From an uncultured Phycisphaerales bacterium (GTDB lineage Bacteria > Planctomycetota > Phycisphaerae > Tepidisphaerales > Tepidisphaeraceae): a DNA stretch of 64,000 nt. The position numbers were made by a program, and so were the translations under genes. Where the stretch lies: the NCBI GenBank assembly GCA_963758525.1, contig CAVWVQ010000003.1, positions 3,104,001 to 3,168,000 on the forward strand. Reading direction: 5' to 3'. Below are positions 28,790 to 40,407 of the stretch, piece after piece. How positions within the stretch are numbered: the first letter of the stretch is position 1; each line of letters begins with the position of its first letter. Below the pieces are notes generated by a model that was given only the letters and a program-made list of their open reading frames with translations, did no database searches and had not been told where the DNA came from.

Positions 28790-29137
28790 ATGCAGTTTTG
28801 GTCAAAATTCCTCGTGGCAACGGTATTTCTGGGGTTGGTTGGGGGAACCCAGGTGCAGGCGTCCCGCGCCAAGCATCTGCACGCAACCGGTCTGAAGGGA
28901 AAGATCGTGTCCGTCGCCGCTGACGGCTCCAGCATCGTCATCGCTCGTTCCAAAAAAAAGGGCGGTCAGGAAACCATACAGATCGCCGCGAATCCGAGCG
29001 TCACGATTGACGGAATCGGAGGAAAGCACGTCAGCGACTTGCAGGCAGGCGAGATGGTCGTCCTGAATCCCACCAGCGGATCGGCAACAACGATCATTGC
29101 CAAACATCCGCACCAGAAAAAGACAAAGGCAACTTGA
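28790..29137 (+). CDS. Small secreted basic protein, OB-fold/DUF5666-like
   Basis: AGGAG SD, signal peptide, KGKIVSVAADGSSIVI...VTIDG...DLQAGEMV. Confidence 0.7.
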   Translation: MQFWSKFLVATVFLGLVGGTQVQASRAKHLHATGLKGKIVSVAADGSSIVIARSKKKGGQETIQIAANPSVTIDGIGGKHVSDLQAGEMVVLNPTSGSATTIIAKHPHQKKTKAT

Positions 29138-29300
29138 CGACGCTTGCACCCGCTCGGGCACGTTCCGTCGTTTGATTCCGTCAAATTCGCTTCCCCCGCG
29201 TAGCCGCCGAGCTGGCTCGCGAGCACTTGCCTTTCCTTGAAAACCGCGAGCAAGCTTGGTGGCTACACACCGAGAGCGCCAGCCGCCTCAGCAAAGCGAC

Positions 29301-31799
29301 TCAAGCCAGCGCCGCGGCGATCAGATCGACACTGCCGCCGGTTCCATTGATGTTGGCGCTCTTGGTGTAGGTGATGGTCAGCTTCTGCCCCGCAGAAGCG
29401 GCCTTGTAGGTGATGGTATAGAGGTTTGTATAGATGGCATTGCCGGACGCGGTGAGTACAACGTCGGCGGCCGAGCCGTCGGAGAGGTGGGCGGTGAGGG
29501 TGCCGCCGCTGGAATTGCCGCCGGCGTAGATGTAGAGGGTGCGGCTGGTCGTGTCGGCGGGCGCGGTGAACGAATATCCGGCGCCGATCGCGTTGTTGGC
29601 CCAGATGTAGGCGTGATCTGCCGAGTCACTCGCAGTTGGCGTGCCGTCGGTCCAGGAGACGGAACGACTCGGGTCGTAATAGGATCCCACGCTGCCTGAG
29701 CCGAGCACGGTCACATTGCTGATCTGCGAAGATCCGGCGGCCTTGTAGTCGAAGTTTCCGTACACATTTCCACGGCCCCAATGGGTCCAGTCGCGGGTTC
29801 CGAGCGTGGTGAGGTTATAGGCGGAAGCCGCAACCGCTTGAGATCCGGTTAGCGATCCGGCCCCGGGAGCCTGGATCATTATCTGGAAGTTTCCCAGTGT
29901 TGCGGAAGATGCAAAGTTGTTGCTGGTATCGCTGACGGAGTTGGCTGCCAGCGCCACCGAATAAGTTCCGTTGGCGGCCATTGTCCATCCGCCCGCAGGC
30001 GGCATTACCGAGTATGTGGCAGTGATCGTGGCGCTGTTGCCCGAGGGTGACGCACTGACAAAGGCGGCGGTCTGACTTGAAGGACCGCTTAATACGAGGT
30101 TCCCGGTCACCAGGCTTGCAGCTCTCACCGCGACGTTGTCAGTATAAGTCACGGTTAGCGTCGCCGCCGCGGCGGACGATGTGACCGTGGGAACCGTCTG
30201 CAACGTGGCATGGGGGGGAACGGTATCCGCCACGGGCGCGCCCGCCAGATACGCCGCGATCAGATCCACGCTGCCGCCGGCTCCATTGATATTGGTGTTT
30301 TTGACGTAGCTGATCGTCAGCTTTTGCCCGGCGGAGGCCGCCTTGTAGGTGATGGTGTAGAGCTGGGAGTAAATTCCCGTGCCCGATGCCGAGGCCGCGT
30401 AATCGGCGGCCGATCCGTCGGAGAGATGGGCGGTGAGCGTGGCGCCGCTGGAATAGCCGCCGGCATAAACATACAGCGTGCGCGTGGTGGTATCGGCGGG
30501 CGCGGTGAATGAGTAGCCGGCGCCCAGCGCGTTGTTGGCCCAGATATATCCATCGTCGCCGGAGTCGGTCGCGGTGGGCGAGCCGCCGGTCCAATTGACT
30601 GACCGAGAGGCATCGGTGTAACCCCCGAAGCCGGCGCCGCCGGGGTTAATGTTTGTGACGTTGCTGATCTGCGAACCGCCGGTGGCGTCGTGGTCGAAGT
30701 TGCCATACGTGCCGCCGCGTCCCCAGTGCGCCCAATCGGCGGTGCCGAGGCTCGTGAGGTTGTAATGTGACGCGGCAGCGGCCTGCGATGCGACGAGCGA
30801 ACCGCCGCCCGGCGCGGTTGTTTTCCCGTTGGCGGCGGCATCGGCTACTGCGGCCAGCGTGGTCCAGTCGGAACTGCTCAACCCAAGGTTGGAAAGGATG
30901 CCACTGACATTCGCAACGGGAATGCCGGATACGTTTGCGTGGTAGATCGTGTCGAAATTCACCATCGCGTTGAGCAGGATGCCCAGGGTGCTCGGATGAT
31001 ATTGAATGCCGTCGCCGGAGATCGTGGAGTACAGGCTGGTTTCCCAGTTGAGCGCGCGCCAGGCTTCCCCGACCGGCGACACTCCCGTTGAGCCCGCGCC
31101 GTCGGCGGCGTTAATGTTGCCCGCGGCGAGGTTGTAGTTGGTTTGCAGTTGGTTCTGCATGTCGGTGGGACCGGTGAAATAAGTGGGGTAATAGCTGTTC
31201 GTCGCTCCACGCGCCCAGGTTTCATACAGCATGCCATGCACGGAAGGGCTGTTGGCCCGCACGTCATTGAACAGTTGCAGCGCGTCTGATTCGAACAGCG
31301 GCACATTCCCCTCGAGCGCGGTCGCGTTGGTGGGGCGGGTGCTGTATTCCTGGAGGACGACATCGTTCCAATGCTGCCCCGCCGGCAGCGAACTGACGAT
31401 GATGTTGCCGCTCCCGTCGCTGGCGATTTTGTTCAGATGATCCGCCAGCGTCTCTCCCAGCAGAATCTGCTCGTAAACATTCGGCGACGCAAGGCCGTCG
31501 GCCACCGCGATTGACTTGATCGTCGCCGGCATGTCGTAGGCGGCGCCGTCTGTCGAGTTATTCGTAAAGCTGTTGCCGAAGAAGAGCAGGTTCAGAGCCG
31601 GCGCGGCGGAGAGAAGCTGTCGAGCTTCCAAGAGTTCAATCAAAGCCTCTCCGCCCATACCGATACGCCCTTTGGCCCCCTGCAGGGCCGCGGTAAACAA
31701 TCCGTGGGTCTCCGCTGCCCCCTGCGCTGTTGCACAGAAGCAACGATTGCTGTTCGGATGAAAGAGCGGGTTCATTCGATGCTGCTTTGTATTTGCCAT
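29301..31799 (-). CDS. Large extracellular protein: LEPR-XLL-like motif, SGNH-like hydrolase domain, two copies of a beta-rich domain and an Ig-like domain (start uncertain)
   Basis: LEARQLLS, FFGNSFT, VVLQEYS, YETWAR, PVGEAW and DGIQYHP. YNLTxLGTxDWxHWGRG occurs twice. Confidence 0.75.
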   Translation of the reverse strand: MANTKQHRMNPLFHPNSNRCFCATAQGAAETHGLFTAALQGAKGRIGMGGEALIELLEARQLLSAAPALNLLFFGNSFTNNSTDGAAYDMPATIKSIAVADGLASPNVYEQILLGETLADHLNKIASDGSGNIIVSSLPAGQHWNDVVLQEYSTRPTNATALEGNVPLFESDALQLFNDVRANSPSVHGMLYETWARGATNSYYPTYFTGPTDMQNQLQTNYNLAAGNINAADGAGSTGVSPVGEAWRALNWETSLYSTISGDGIQYHPSTLGILLNAMVNFDTIYHANVSGIPVANVSGILSNLGLSSSDWTTLAAVADAAANGKTTAPGGGSLVASQAAAASHYNLTSLGTADWAHWGRGGTYGNFDHDATGGSQISNVTNINPGGAGFGGYTDASRSVNWTGGSPTATDSGDDGYIWANNALGAGYSFTAPADTTTRTLYVYAGGYSSGATLTAHLSDGSAADYAASASGTGIYSQLYTITYKAASAGQKLTISYVKNTNINGAGGSVDLIAAYLAGAPVADTVPPHATLQTVPTVTSSAAAATLTVTYTDNVAVRAASLVTGNLVLSGPSSQTAAFVSASPSGNSATITATYSVMPPAGGWTMAANGTYSVALAANSVSDTSNNFASSATLGNFQIMIQAPGAGSLTGSQAVAASAYNLTTLGTRDWTHWGRGNVYGNFDYKAAGSSQISNVTVLGSGSVGSYYDPSRSVSWTDGTPTASDSADHAYIWANNAIGAGYSFTAPADTTSRTLYIYAGGNSSGGTLTAHLSDGSAADVVLTASGNAIYTNLYTITYKAASAGQKLTITYTKSANINGTGGSVDLIAAALA

Positions 31800-31830
31800 T
31801 TTCATCACCTTCCTGTCAACAGGAACCTGC

Positions 31831-34056
31831 TTACCGAATATTGCTTCCGAGCAACGCCATGCTGGGAGCCAGCGGAGCTTCAGCCTTAGGCTCCGTCGCG
31901 GGGGGCGTGCCTGCGTCGGGCTGCGCGACGATGCAATCGAGACCGAAGTAGAAATGGTCTTTGCCCGGCGTTTTGGAACCAACAACCTCCGCGCGCAAAA
32001 CAAACTTTCCGTTGTAAGGCTTGCATAATCCGAGTTCAATCGGCCCGCTGGCGACCGGATCGACGTTATAGAGATTAACCGGCGTAAAAACTTTCGGCCC
32101 AGGGGGCACCGGCGCCAATGCCCCATTCACAGTCAGTTGCACGATCCCGAAGTCGTAGCTTTTGGTGGCATAAAGCGTGAGCTTCCGGGGGCGATTGTCA
32201 CCGACGGGGATTTCCAACTCGATAAAGTCGCCGATTTTCTTCGCGCGGACAAGCAGTTGCTTGCCGCCGCTCCACCGGCCGCTCTTCAATCCGCCGGACT
32301 GCACTTCTGTCTGGACGCCTGCGGATTTTCTGATGATCGTCATCTTCTCGCATTCGATCGCTCCGGGGATCGACGCCGCTGCGGGGTCGGCGGGCGTCTC
32401 TTTGATTGGCGGGGTGGTCTCTTCGGGTTGCGGCACGCGATTATGCTTCGCGCCGGCCCGCGCGTACCAGAATACGCCGACGGCATAATCCACCTGTGTA
32501 TCAGCCCAGTTCCAGATCTCCATGTCGTGCTTCAAACTTTTCGTGAACGGAATGCCATCCAGCAACCGCAGGCGGGAGTCTGTCGTATAGCCGCGCCAAC
32601 TGTCGCGGGTGCGAACGTCACGCATGGGTGTCGAGATAAACGGCGAATTGAAGAATGTCGCCATGCCCCATGCGTACCCGAAATAATCTTCCGTGCCGGT
32701 CCCGATGTGCGACGCCACCTTCTCGCCGTCGATGTATATCCGCTCGTCTCCTTCGCCATACCAGGGGGATACTGGTGTAAACACGGTCAGTGTGTCGCCA
32801 ACGTAAACGCCCTGGCCGTCCACCTGAATATAGTTCCAGTCCGACATCGGGCGCGTGTTGATGCCATGCTGCGAATGCCAGTTCGCGTGGAAATACAGCG
32901 AGCGGTCGTCCCATTGAAAGGAGCTGGTCGCAGCTGCGATCTTCAACACCAGCGGCTTGCTTCCGGTGTTCCTGAGAGCGAGCCGGGCGGAACGCTGATA
33001 GGGCATTGTCCATCGCGCATTCATCGCTCCGTCGGCAGATACCGTGCGCTGCCAATCGACCACCGGATGGAGCCGCGCGCCCACGCCGAAAAATTCACCG
33101 ACGGGACACCAGATCGTCTGCTCATCATCGAACGTTCCTTCCAGAACCGCGGATCGAAGCACTTGCGGCGCATCTTTCGGATCTACCCACACCGACAGAT
33201 TTCGCACGGCGTTATTACCGCCGGGCAGATCGAGCTTGATCTCCGCCCCAGGGGCGACCGTTGTCGGCTTGTCGGTAGTTGGTTCAGGTATCGCGGGAGC
33301 CGCCAGCAGAACTTTGCTGACTTCGTCCAGCGCCGGCTGCGCCGCTTTCAGATCGTCCATGCTGAACGTCCGCACGATCGTGCCAGCCTCATAGATGCGG
33401 TAGTTGATCCCGTAATAAAAAGGAACCGAATCCAGCGTAATTTTGCATCCTTTGGCGAATGGGATCGGCAGATATAGATCCGCGCCGACGCCGCGCTGGG
33501 CCTTGTAGTCCGGCTTCAATTGATCTGCCAGGTCAAGATCGTTCCACGAGACGAAGGCAAAGGGGGGCCGGACGAACGCCTTGCCGCTGAGCAGATCGTT
33601 GAAGTTGGCGGTGATCGCGGGGGCAGCAGCGCCGTCGAAATAAAAGCGGACTACCTGCTGGTCCTTTGCTTCCCGCAACGGCGTCCAGAAACGTGTGATC
33701 GCGCCCGGACCGGTGTCATCCATGACCACCCATTCATGTCGGCCCTGGTTTTCCTCAGTTCGAATGAACTTTTCGTGATCGTCGTTGGTGTGCCAGGTGG
33801 CGGCATTCGCGGGGTTGGTCTTGCGACGATCGTAGCTGCTCGCTTGGCGCAGGCTGTACGCCGGGGCGGGCCACTGCGCCATCGCATCGCGATCGATCAT
33901 CTCCTTCAGCAACGACTGCGTTGTCACCGCCTCAGCAGTCCCACCAGCCGAGATGCCCGATGCGCCTGCCAACGTCAGCAGACCGACCACGCCAAAAACA
34001 GGAACCAGACGAATCGCAGGCCTGCGGCGCGCTCGCCCCGAAGATGAATGTTGCAT
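31831..34056 (-). CDS. DUF2961 / glycoside hydrolase family 172-like protein, secreted
   Basis: QASSYDR, GPGAITRFW, PVGEFFG, WYGEGDERIYIDGE and GTGTEDYFGYAWG. Confidence 0.85.
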   Translation of the reverse strand: MQHSSSGRARRRPAIRLVPVFGVVGLLTLAGASGISAGGTAEAVTTQSLLKEMIDRDAMAQWPAPAYSLRQASSYDRRKTNPANAATWHTNDDHEKFIRTEENQGRHEWVVMDDTGPGAITRFWTPLREAKDQQVVRFYFDGAAAPAITANFNDLLSGKAFVRPPFAFVSWNDLDLADQLKPDYKAQRGVGADLYLPIPFAKGCKITLDSVPFYYGINYRIYEAGTIVRTFSMDDLKAAQPALDEVSKVLLAAPAIPEPTTDKPTTVAPGAEIKLDLPGGNNAVRNLSVWVDPKDAPQVLRSAVLEGTFDDEQTIWCPVGEFFGVGARLHPVVDWQRTVSADGAMNARWTMPYQRSARLALRNTGSKPLVLKIAAATSSFQWDDRSLYFHANWHSQHGINTRPMSDWNYIQVDGQGVYVGDTLTVFTPVSPWYGEGDERIYIDGEKVASHIGTGTEDYFGYAWGMATFFNSPFISTPMRDVRTRDSWRGYTTDSRLRLLDGIPFTKSLKHDMEIWNWADTQVDYAVGVFWYARAGAKHNRVPQPEETTPPIKETPADPAAASIPGAIECEKMTIIRKSAGVQTEVQSGGLKSGRWSGGKQLLVRAKKIGDFIELEIPVGDNRPRKLTLYATKSYDFGIVQLTVNGALAPVPPGPKVFTPVNLYNVDPVASGPIELGLCKPYNGKFVLRAEVVGSKTPGKDHFYFGLDCIVAQPDAGTPPATEPKAEAPLAPSMALLGSNIR

Positions 34057-34246
34057 GTCTGAAGTATGGCTCCTCTGCCAGGATTGTTGAAGTGGTGGGA
34101 TGGTAACAACAAGCCAAATCCCGATGCGTCGTGTCTTTCATCGAACCCTTGAGCATTTGGTTTGGGCCACGCCTCCCGATGCTTCGGCGTTGCGACCCTG
34201 TTATGATCGCGGATGATCCCGATCACATGGGAGTACTTCTCTTCGC

Positions 34247-35788
34247 GTGAACCAACAACCGGCAAGCATTTCTGCGACCCCCCCGACGGCTGCGCCGATG
34301 CCGCTCGTCATCGCCCGCAATATCGAAAAGCATTTTGACGGCGTCTATGCCCTGCGCGGAGCGAGCCTGGAAATTCTTCCCGGCGAAGTCCATGTGCTCA
34401 TGGGAGAAAACGGCGCCGGCAAAAGCACGCTTGCGAAGGTGCTGGCGGGGGTCGTAAAGCCCGATGACGGCCAGATCGTCTTCCGCGGAGAGCGGGTTCA
34501 ATTTCGAAATCCGCTGGAGGCGCAGCGGCTTGGAGTCGGCATTGTTTTTCAGGAACTGGATCTGTTCCCCAACCTCAGCATCGCGGAAAATGTCATTATC
34601 GGGAATGCCAACGTCGAACGGGGCGCGTTTGTGAGCTTCAGCGCGATGGAAGAATTCTGCCGGCCGTTTCTAAAGCAGGTCGGCTTGGCGCTGCCGCCGG
34701 CGACGAGGGTGGTCGAGCTTTCCGTCGGGCAGATGCAACTGGTCGCCATTGCCCGCGCTCTGAGCATGGACGCGCAGCTGATCTTCATGGACGAGCCCAC
34801 GAGCGCGCTGGGAGACGAAGATGTCGAGCGCCTCTTTGGGTTGATTCGAAACCTCACGAGCCGAGGCGTGTCGATCGTGTACGTGTCGCACAAAATGCAG
34901 GAGATATTTCAAATTGCGGACCGCATCACCGTGATGCGCGACGGTTGCCATATTGCCACCCGAGCGGTTTCGGAAACGAACGTGGGGGAAATCATCACGA
35001 TGATGGTCGGCCGCGAACTGGCCGATGCGCAGCCGCGCCAGAGTCGGCAGACCGACACCCGGCTGATGTCAGTCCAAAATCTGACCACGTCGCACCTCAA
35101 GGGCGTGTCATTTGAATTGTTTGCCGGCGAAGTGCTCGGACTTGCGGGGCTGGTTGGCGCAGGCCGAAGCGAAGTGGGCGCGGCGTTGTTCGGGCTCGAT
35201 CGAATCACCGGCGGCGCGATTGAGCTTCTCGGCGAGCCCTATCGGCCGACCGGCGTGCGCGACGCGATTCGTCGCGGGCTTGGACTCTTGCCGGAGGACC
35301 GCAAGGGCCAGGGCCTGATGATGCAGATGAGCGTGGAGGAGAACTGCACAATGTCGGTGCTGCCGCGTCTGTCATCCGGCGGATTCGTCAACAGCTCTCA
35401 GGAACGCCGCGGAGCGCGGGAAGTGTTGGAACGCACTCGTATCAAGACCGCGTCGTACGATGCGCCCGTGAGCTCGCTCAGCGGCGGGAATCAGCAGAAG
35501 GTGCTTCTGGGCCGCTGGCTGCAGGTCGATCCGGCAGTAATATTCCTTGATGACCCGACGCGCGGAATCGACGTTCGCGCCAAGCGCGACATTTATGCAA
35601 TTATCGCGGAATTGGCCGGCCGTGGAAAAGGAGTTCTGCTGGTCAGCTCCGAGCTTCCGGAGCTGCTGTTCAATTGTGATCGAATCCTGGTGCTGCACGA
35701 TGGCTTCCTCACCGGCATCGTCAACGCGCGAACAACAACACAGGAAGAGGTCATGGCTCTGGCGACCCATACAAACCGCATGGCATAA
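34247..35788 (+). CDS. Monosaccharide ABC transporter ATP-binding protein (RbsA-like)
   Basis: GENGAGKST, MDEPTSAL, GLVGAGRSE, PEDRK, LSGGNQQK and DPTRGIDV. Confidence 0.93.
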   Translation: MNQQPASISATPPTAAPMPLVIARNIEKHFDGVYALRGASLEILPGEVHVLMGENGAGKSTLAKVLAGVVKPDDGQIVFRGERVQFRNPLEAQRLGVGIVFQELDLFPNLSIAENVIIGNANVERGAFVSFSAMEEFCRPFLKQVGLALPPATRVVELSVGQMQLVAIARALSMDAQLIFMDEPTSALGDEDVERLFGLIRNLTSRGVSIVYVSHKMQEIFQIADRITVMRDGCHIATRAVSETNVGEIITMMVGRELADAQPRQSRQTDTRLMSVQNLTTSHLKGVSFELFAGEVLGLAGLVGAGRSEVGAALFGLDRITGGAIELLGEPYRPTGVRDAIRRGLGLLPEDRKGQGLMMQMSVEENCTMSVLPRLSSGGFVNSSQERRGAREVLERTRIKTASYDAPVSSLSGGNQQKVLLGRWLQVDPAVIFLDDPTRGIDVRAKRDIYAIIAELAGRGKGVLLVSSELPELLFNCDRILVLHDGFLTGIVNARTTTQEEVMALATHTNRMA

Positions 35789-35813
35789 ACAGCCTTTCGC
35801 GCTCAGATGCTTT

Positions 35814-35978
35814 AGAGGCGGTTTCAGAACCTGTTTAGCCGCGCCGCGCAGCGAAGCGCGTCCAAGAGCGCGTATTGACAGATTGCGTCAAACCGGCGGA
35901 AAACGCCGTTGGACGCGCTTCGCTGCGCGGCGCGGCTAAGCAGGTGACGGAACGCCTTCGGGTTCTGAAACGGGCTCT
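35814..35978. repeat. Nested inverted repeat (37-bp inner arms at 35829-35865 and 35909-35945)
   Basis: acctgtttagccgcgccgcgcagcgaagcgcgtccaa pairs with ttggacgcgcttcgctgcgcggcgcggctaagcaggt. Outer arms gtttcagaacc/ggttctgaaac. Confidence 0.85.
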
Positions 35979-36051
35979 TAGCCGTTGCCCGATGGGCGGC
36001 ATCGCTGCAGCACTTCGGCTCAGTCGCCTCATGTTCGTCAGGAATAGCAAC

Positions 36052-37107
36052 ATGACCGAAACCCCAATCGCAACGCCGCCACAAACGCCGCTCCCGATCG
36101 CTTCTCGCCAAGCGGCAGGGCGTTCTCCGCTTGCGAGTCTGCTCGCCAAGTTTCGCAGATTCCAGAGCGTCGTCGGACTAATCGCCATCACTCTGGTCGC
36201 GATCCTGGTCAGCCCGCACGATCGCCATGGGACAATCATCTTTCTGGAGCCGGGGAATCTGACTGACATCGTCCGGCAGGTCTCGGAGATCGGGGTGATC
36301 GCGCTGGCAATGACGTTTGTCATCCTCACGGCAGGCATCGATTTGTCCGTCGGCAGTACGCTGGCAATCGGCGCTTCGATCACCGCGATCATGCTCACGC
36401 GCGTGTCGATTCCCGGCGGATATGTGCTGCACATCGCCGTCGCGATCGGGACTGCGCTGGCTGCCGCGGGAGCTGCGGGATTGCTCAACGGAATCGTGAT
36501 ATCCCGCCTCGCGATTCAGCCGTTCATTGTCACGCTCGCGACGATGATGGGACTGCGCGGCCTCGCCCGCTGGCTCACCAGCAACACGAATATCGACTTC
36601 GGCTTCGGAAATGATGTCTCGGCAATCTTTGCCGACGCGCTCTCGCAAAAGGGCGTGGTCATCGGGACTTTCGTCGTGCTGGCCATCGTGTTTGCAGTGC
36701 TTTTGAAGCGGACAGTCTTCGGCCGCTACGTCCGAGCCATCGGCGACAATGAAAAGGCGGCGATCTATGCCGGCATTCCGATCGTTCGCACCAAGGTCTG
36801 GGTCTACTTCATCAGCGGTTTGATGTGCGGCCTGGCGGGCGTTCTCCACGCCGCCCAGGTGCGGCAGGGAAATCCCAATGATGGCGTCGCCTACGAGCTT
36901 GACGCAATTGCCGCCGTGGTCATCGGCGGCACCAGCCTCGCGGGCGGCCGCGGCACCATCACCGGCACCATTGTCGGTACGCTGATCATGGGGATTCTGA
37001 CCAACATCCTGCAACTGAAGCAGATCGACAACAATGTTCAGCTCATGGTGAAGGCCGTGATCATCGTCCTGGCAGTCTGGGCGCAGTCACGCAAACAACC
37101 GGTATAG
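36052..37107 (+). CDS. Monosaccharide ABC transporter permease (RbsC-like)
   Basis: GIDLSVGS, PFIVTLATM, FGRYVRAIGDN and YELDAIAAVVIGGTSL. Confidence 0.93.
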   Translation: MTETPIATPPQTPLPIASRQAAGRSPLASLLAKFRRFQSVVGLIAITLVAILVSPHDRHGTIIFLEPGNLTDIVRQVSEIGVIALAMTFVILTAGIDLSVGSTLAIGASITAIMLTRVSIPGGYVLHIAVAIGTALAAAGAAGLLNGIVISRLAIQPFIVTLATMMGLRGLARWLTSNTNIDFGFGNDVSAIFADALSQKGVVIGTFVVLAIVFAVLLKRTVFGRYVRAIGDNEKAAIYAGIPIVRTKVWVYFISGLMCGLAGVLHAAQVRQGNPNDGVAYELDAIAAVVIGGTSLAGGRGTITGTIVGTLIMGILTNILQLKQIDNNVQLMVKAVIIVLAVWAQSRKQPV

Positions 37108-37211
37108 GAGGCGTTGTTCCAACACCTTGAGTAATCCGGAAGACGCTGCGACGAGCGTTTTAATTGTGGTGCGGGCTTCCAGCCTGCCATTGAACTCAGG
37201 AATCAAACAAG

Positions 37212-40200
37212 ATGAATGACTCAGCGAATCCGAAGTGCAACGACGAGGCGTGCGGATGCCGCATGCCGCGCCGCGATTTCCTGCAACTCACTGGGCTCGG
37301 CGCGGTAGCGCTGCTGGCACGCAACATGCCCGCGATGGCCGGGCCGTTTGAATCCGCGGACTTCGACCACGTGGTGCCGGCTGACAAAAAACTGTCTCCG
37401 GAGTGGATCAAATCGCTGTTCGACCGCGGCGACGCCAAGAATTCACCGCGGAGCCGAGCTCAGATTCATCGGAATGCCCGCGGGCGGCATCACCACGGGC
37501 CAACTCTATCTCGGCGGCGACGGAAAACTCTGGCACTGGGACATCTTCAATCACATCGCTCCGACCGGTGCCGATCATTACGCGCATCCCATGGATCCGC
37601 AATCGCCATTGCAACAGGGCTTTTCCCTGACGATTTTGTCTCCGCAACCGCAGCCCCCTCGAACGCTCGACGCCAAGGGATTTTCCGACGTTTCGTTCAT
37701 GGGACAGTACCCGATCGGCACCGTCGAGTATCGCGATCAGAACTGCCCGCTGGCCGTGACTCTCGAAGCGTTCTCGCCGTTCATCCCGCTCAACGTCGAC
37801 GATTCGAGCATTCCCGCAACCGTCCTCCGCTTCACGCTGAAGAATGCCGGCAACAACGCCGTCGAGGCGGAACTCGACGGCCATCTGGAGAATGCGGTTG
37901 CGATCGAAAGTAGCATCGGCCGAGCAGGCGCTCGCAAAAACAGTGTCAGCCGCGACGGCCAACGCATCTTGCTGCTGCACTGCTCCGCAGAAGCTGCGCC
38001 GGCCTCCGCGCCCCACGCGCAGCCGCGCGACGCGATTGTTTATGAAGACTTCGAAGGTGCGGACTTCGGCAAGTGGATCGTGGAGGGCGAAGCCTTCGGC
38101 AAAGCCCCCGCGCAGGGCGCTCCTGCTCCCGAGCAACTGCTCCGCGGTTTCCTTGGCAAAGGCCTGGCCAACTCCTGGCCCAAGTCGGATCAGCCACAGG
38201 GAAAACTCACTTCGCCCTCATTTACGATCGAGCGGGATTTCATCAACTTTCTGATCGGCGGCGGTAGTCATCCCGGCAAAACCTGCATCAATCTTCTGGT
38301 GGATGGCCGCGCCGTCCGGACGGAAACGGGCAACAACTCCGACGAAATGAAATGGGCGTCATGGAGCGTGCGCGAGTTGCTGGGCAAAGCCGCCCGGATT
38401 GAGATCGTCGATCGCGCCAGCGGCGGCTGGGGTCATATCGAAATCGATCAGATCGAGTTCGCGGATGTCCCGCGCAAAGAAAGGGTTGGGCTGACCAAAG
38501 CCGCGGACTTCGGAACGATGGCGCTGGCGCTGCTCGAACCCGCGGACGCCGATCGCGGGCTGACGTCGGTATCAATTGCTAATGGCACGATGACCGAGGA
38601 GCAGGGTGATTCCAAGCCCTTCGGAGAGATGCTCATCGGCGCATTAGTGCGAAAAATTTCACTCCAGCCCGGCGAGTCAGCCAGCGCCACCTTTGTGCTT
38701 GCGTGGAATTTTCCGAATCTGGAACTGCGCGGAATCAAAGCGAAGGTCGGACGTCATTACGCCACGCGATTCAAAACCGCCGCAGACGTGGCGGGGTACG
38801 TTGCAGACAATTTCAAGCGCCTTTTCTCGCAAACGCGACTGTGGCGCGACACCTGGTACGACTCAACCCTTCCACATTGGTTTCTCGACCGTACGCATCT
38901 GAACGTCTCCACCCTCGCCACTTCGACCGCGTATCGGTTCACCGACGGCCGCTTCTATGGCTGGGAAGGCGTGGGATGTTGCGAGGGCACCTGCACGCAC
39001 GTCTGGCATTACGAGCATGCGATGGGCCGTCTCTTCCCTGAGTTGGATGTACTCCTTCGGGAGCGCGCCGATTTCAATCCCGAGATTGGCATGAATCCCG
39101 ACGGCATGATCGACCATCGCGGGGAGTTCCACGTCGGTCAAGCCGTCGATGGGCAGGCTGGGATTATTCTCCGCGCCTATCGCGATCACCAGATGTCGAT
39201 CGACGGCGCGTTTCTGAAGCGCAATTACGCGTCGATCAAAAAGGCAATGGGCTGGCTCATCGCCCAGGACTCGCTGGACGGCAGCGATGACGGCATTCTG
39301 CAAGGCGCGCAGCACAACACGCTCGACGCCGAGTGGTACGGGCCGGTGGCGTGGCTCAGCGGTTTATATCTCGCGAGCCTGCGTGCCGCTCAGGAGATGG
39401 CGCGCGAAATGGGCGACAGCGACTTCGCCGCCGAATGCGGCCGGATCTTCGCGATCGGCCAGAAGAAATTCGTCGACATGCTTTTTAACGGCGAATATTT
39501 CATCAACAAGCCCGATCCAAAGCATCAGGGAACCATTAATTCGGGCACGGGATGTGAGATCGACCAGGTCTTCGGGCAGAGCTGGGCCTTTCAGGTCGGC
39601 CTCGGGCGCGTTCTGCCCGAGGCCCAGACCCGATCCGCACTGCAATCGTTGTGGAAGTACAACTTCTGCCCGGACGTCGGCGCCTATCGCCGGATCAACA
39701 AGCCCGGGCGGTGGTACGCCATGCAGGGTGAGGCGGGTCTGCTGATGTGTACGTTTCCTCGTGCCGACTGGGGCTACGAGAAAGCCAAGGGTCGCGCTCC
39801 GGAGTGGGCCGCGGGGTATTTTAACGAATGCATGAACGGCTTTGAACATCAGGTCGCCGGCCACATGATCTGGGAAGGAATGGTGCAGCAGGGATTGTCG
39901 ATCGAGCGTGCGCTGCACGACCGCTACGACGCGTCCCGCCGCAATCCATGGAACGAGGTCGAGTGCGGCGATCACTATGCCCGCTCCATGGCCAGCTACG
40001 GCGTCTTCACCGCCGCGTGCGGCTACGAATATCATGGTCCCGCCGGCTATGTCGCCTTCGCTCCCAGACTCACTCCGGAAAACTTCAGGGCCGCGTTCAC
40101 GTCCGCCCAGGGATGGGGCACATTTTCTCAACAATCCGACGGTTTAACGCATCACGCACAGATCGAAATCAAATCCGGCCATCTGCAAATAGCCGCCCTG

Positions 40201-40407
40201 GGACTGACCATGGCAGCTCAGTTTCAGCCAACGAACGTCTCGGCGTCCATCGACGGCAAAGCCGTGGCGGTGAAGCTCCAAATCAAAGACGGGCAAGCGA
40301 AGATCATCTTCGACGCCCCAGCGATAATCGAAACCAATCAGCGACTGGAAGTGAAGCTGTCAGGGATTCCTACGGCTGATAGAAACTCGCCGCGTTGTCA
40401 GGCGTAA
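37212..40407 (+). CDS. Glycoside hydrolase family 116-like protein with a Tat signal (frameshift near 37435)
   Basis: RRDFL Tat motif, GMPAGGI, YGWEGVGCCEGTCTHVWHY, HNTLD, DQVFGQ and NPWNEVECGDHYAR. Confidence 0.88.
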
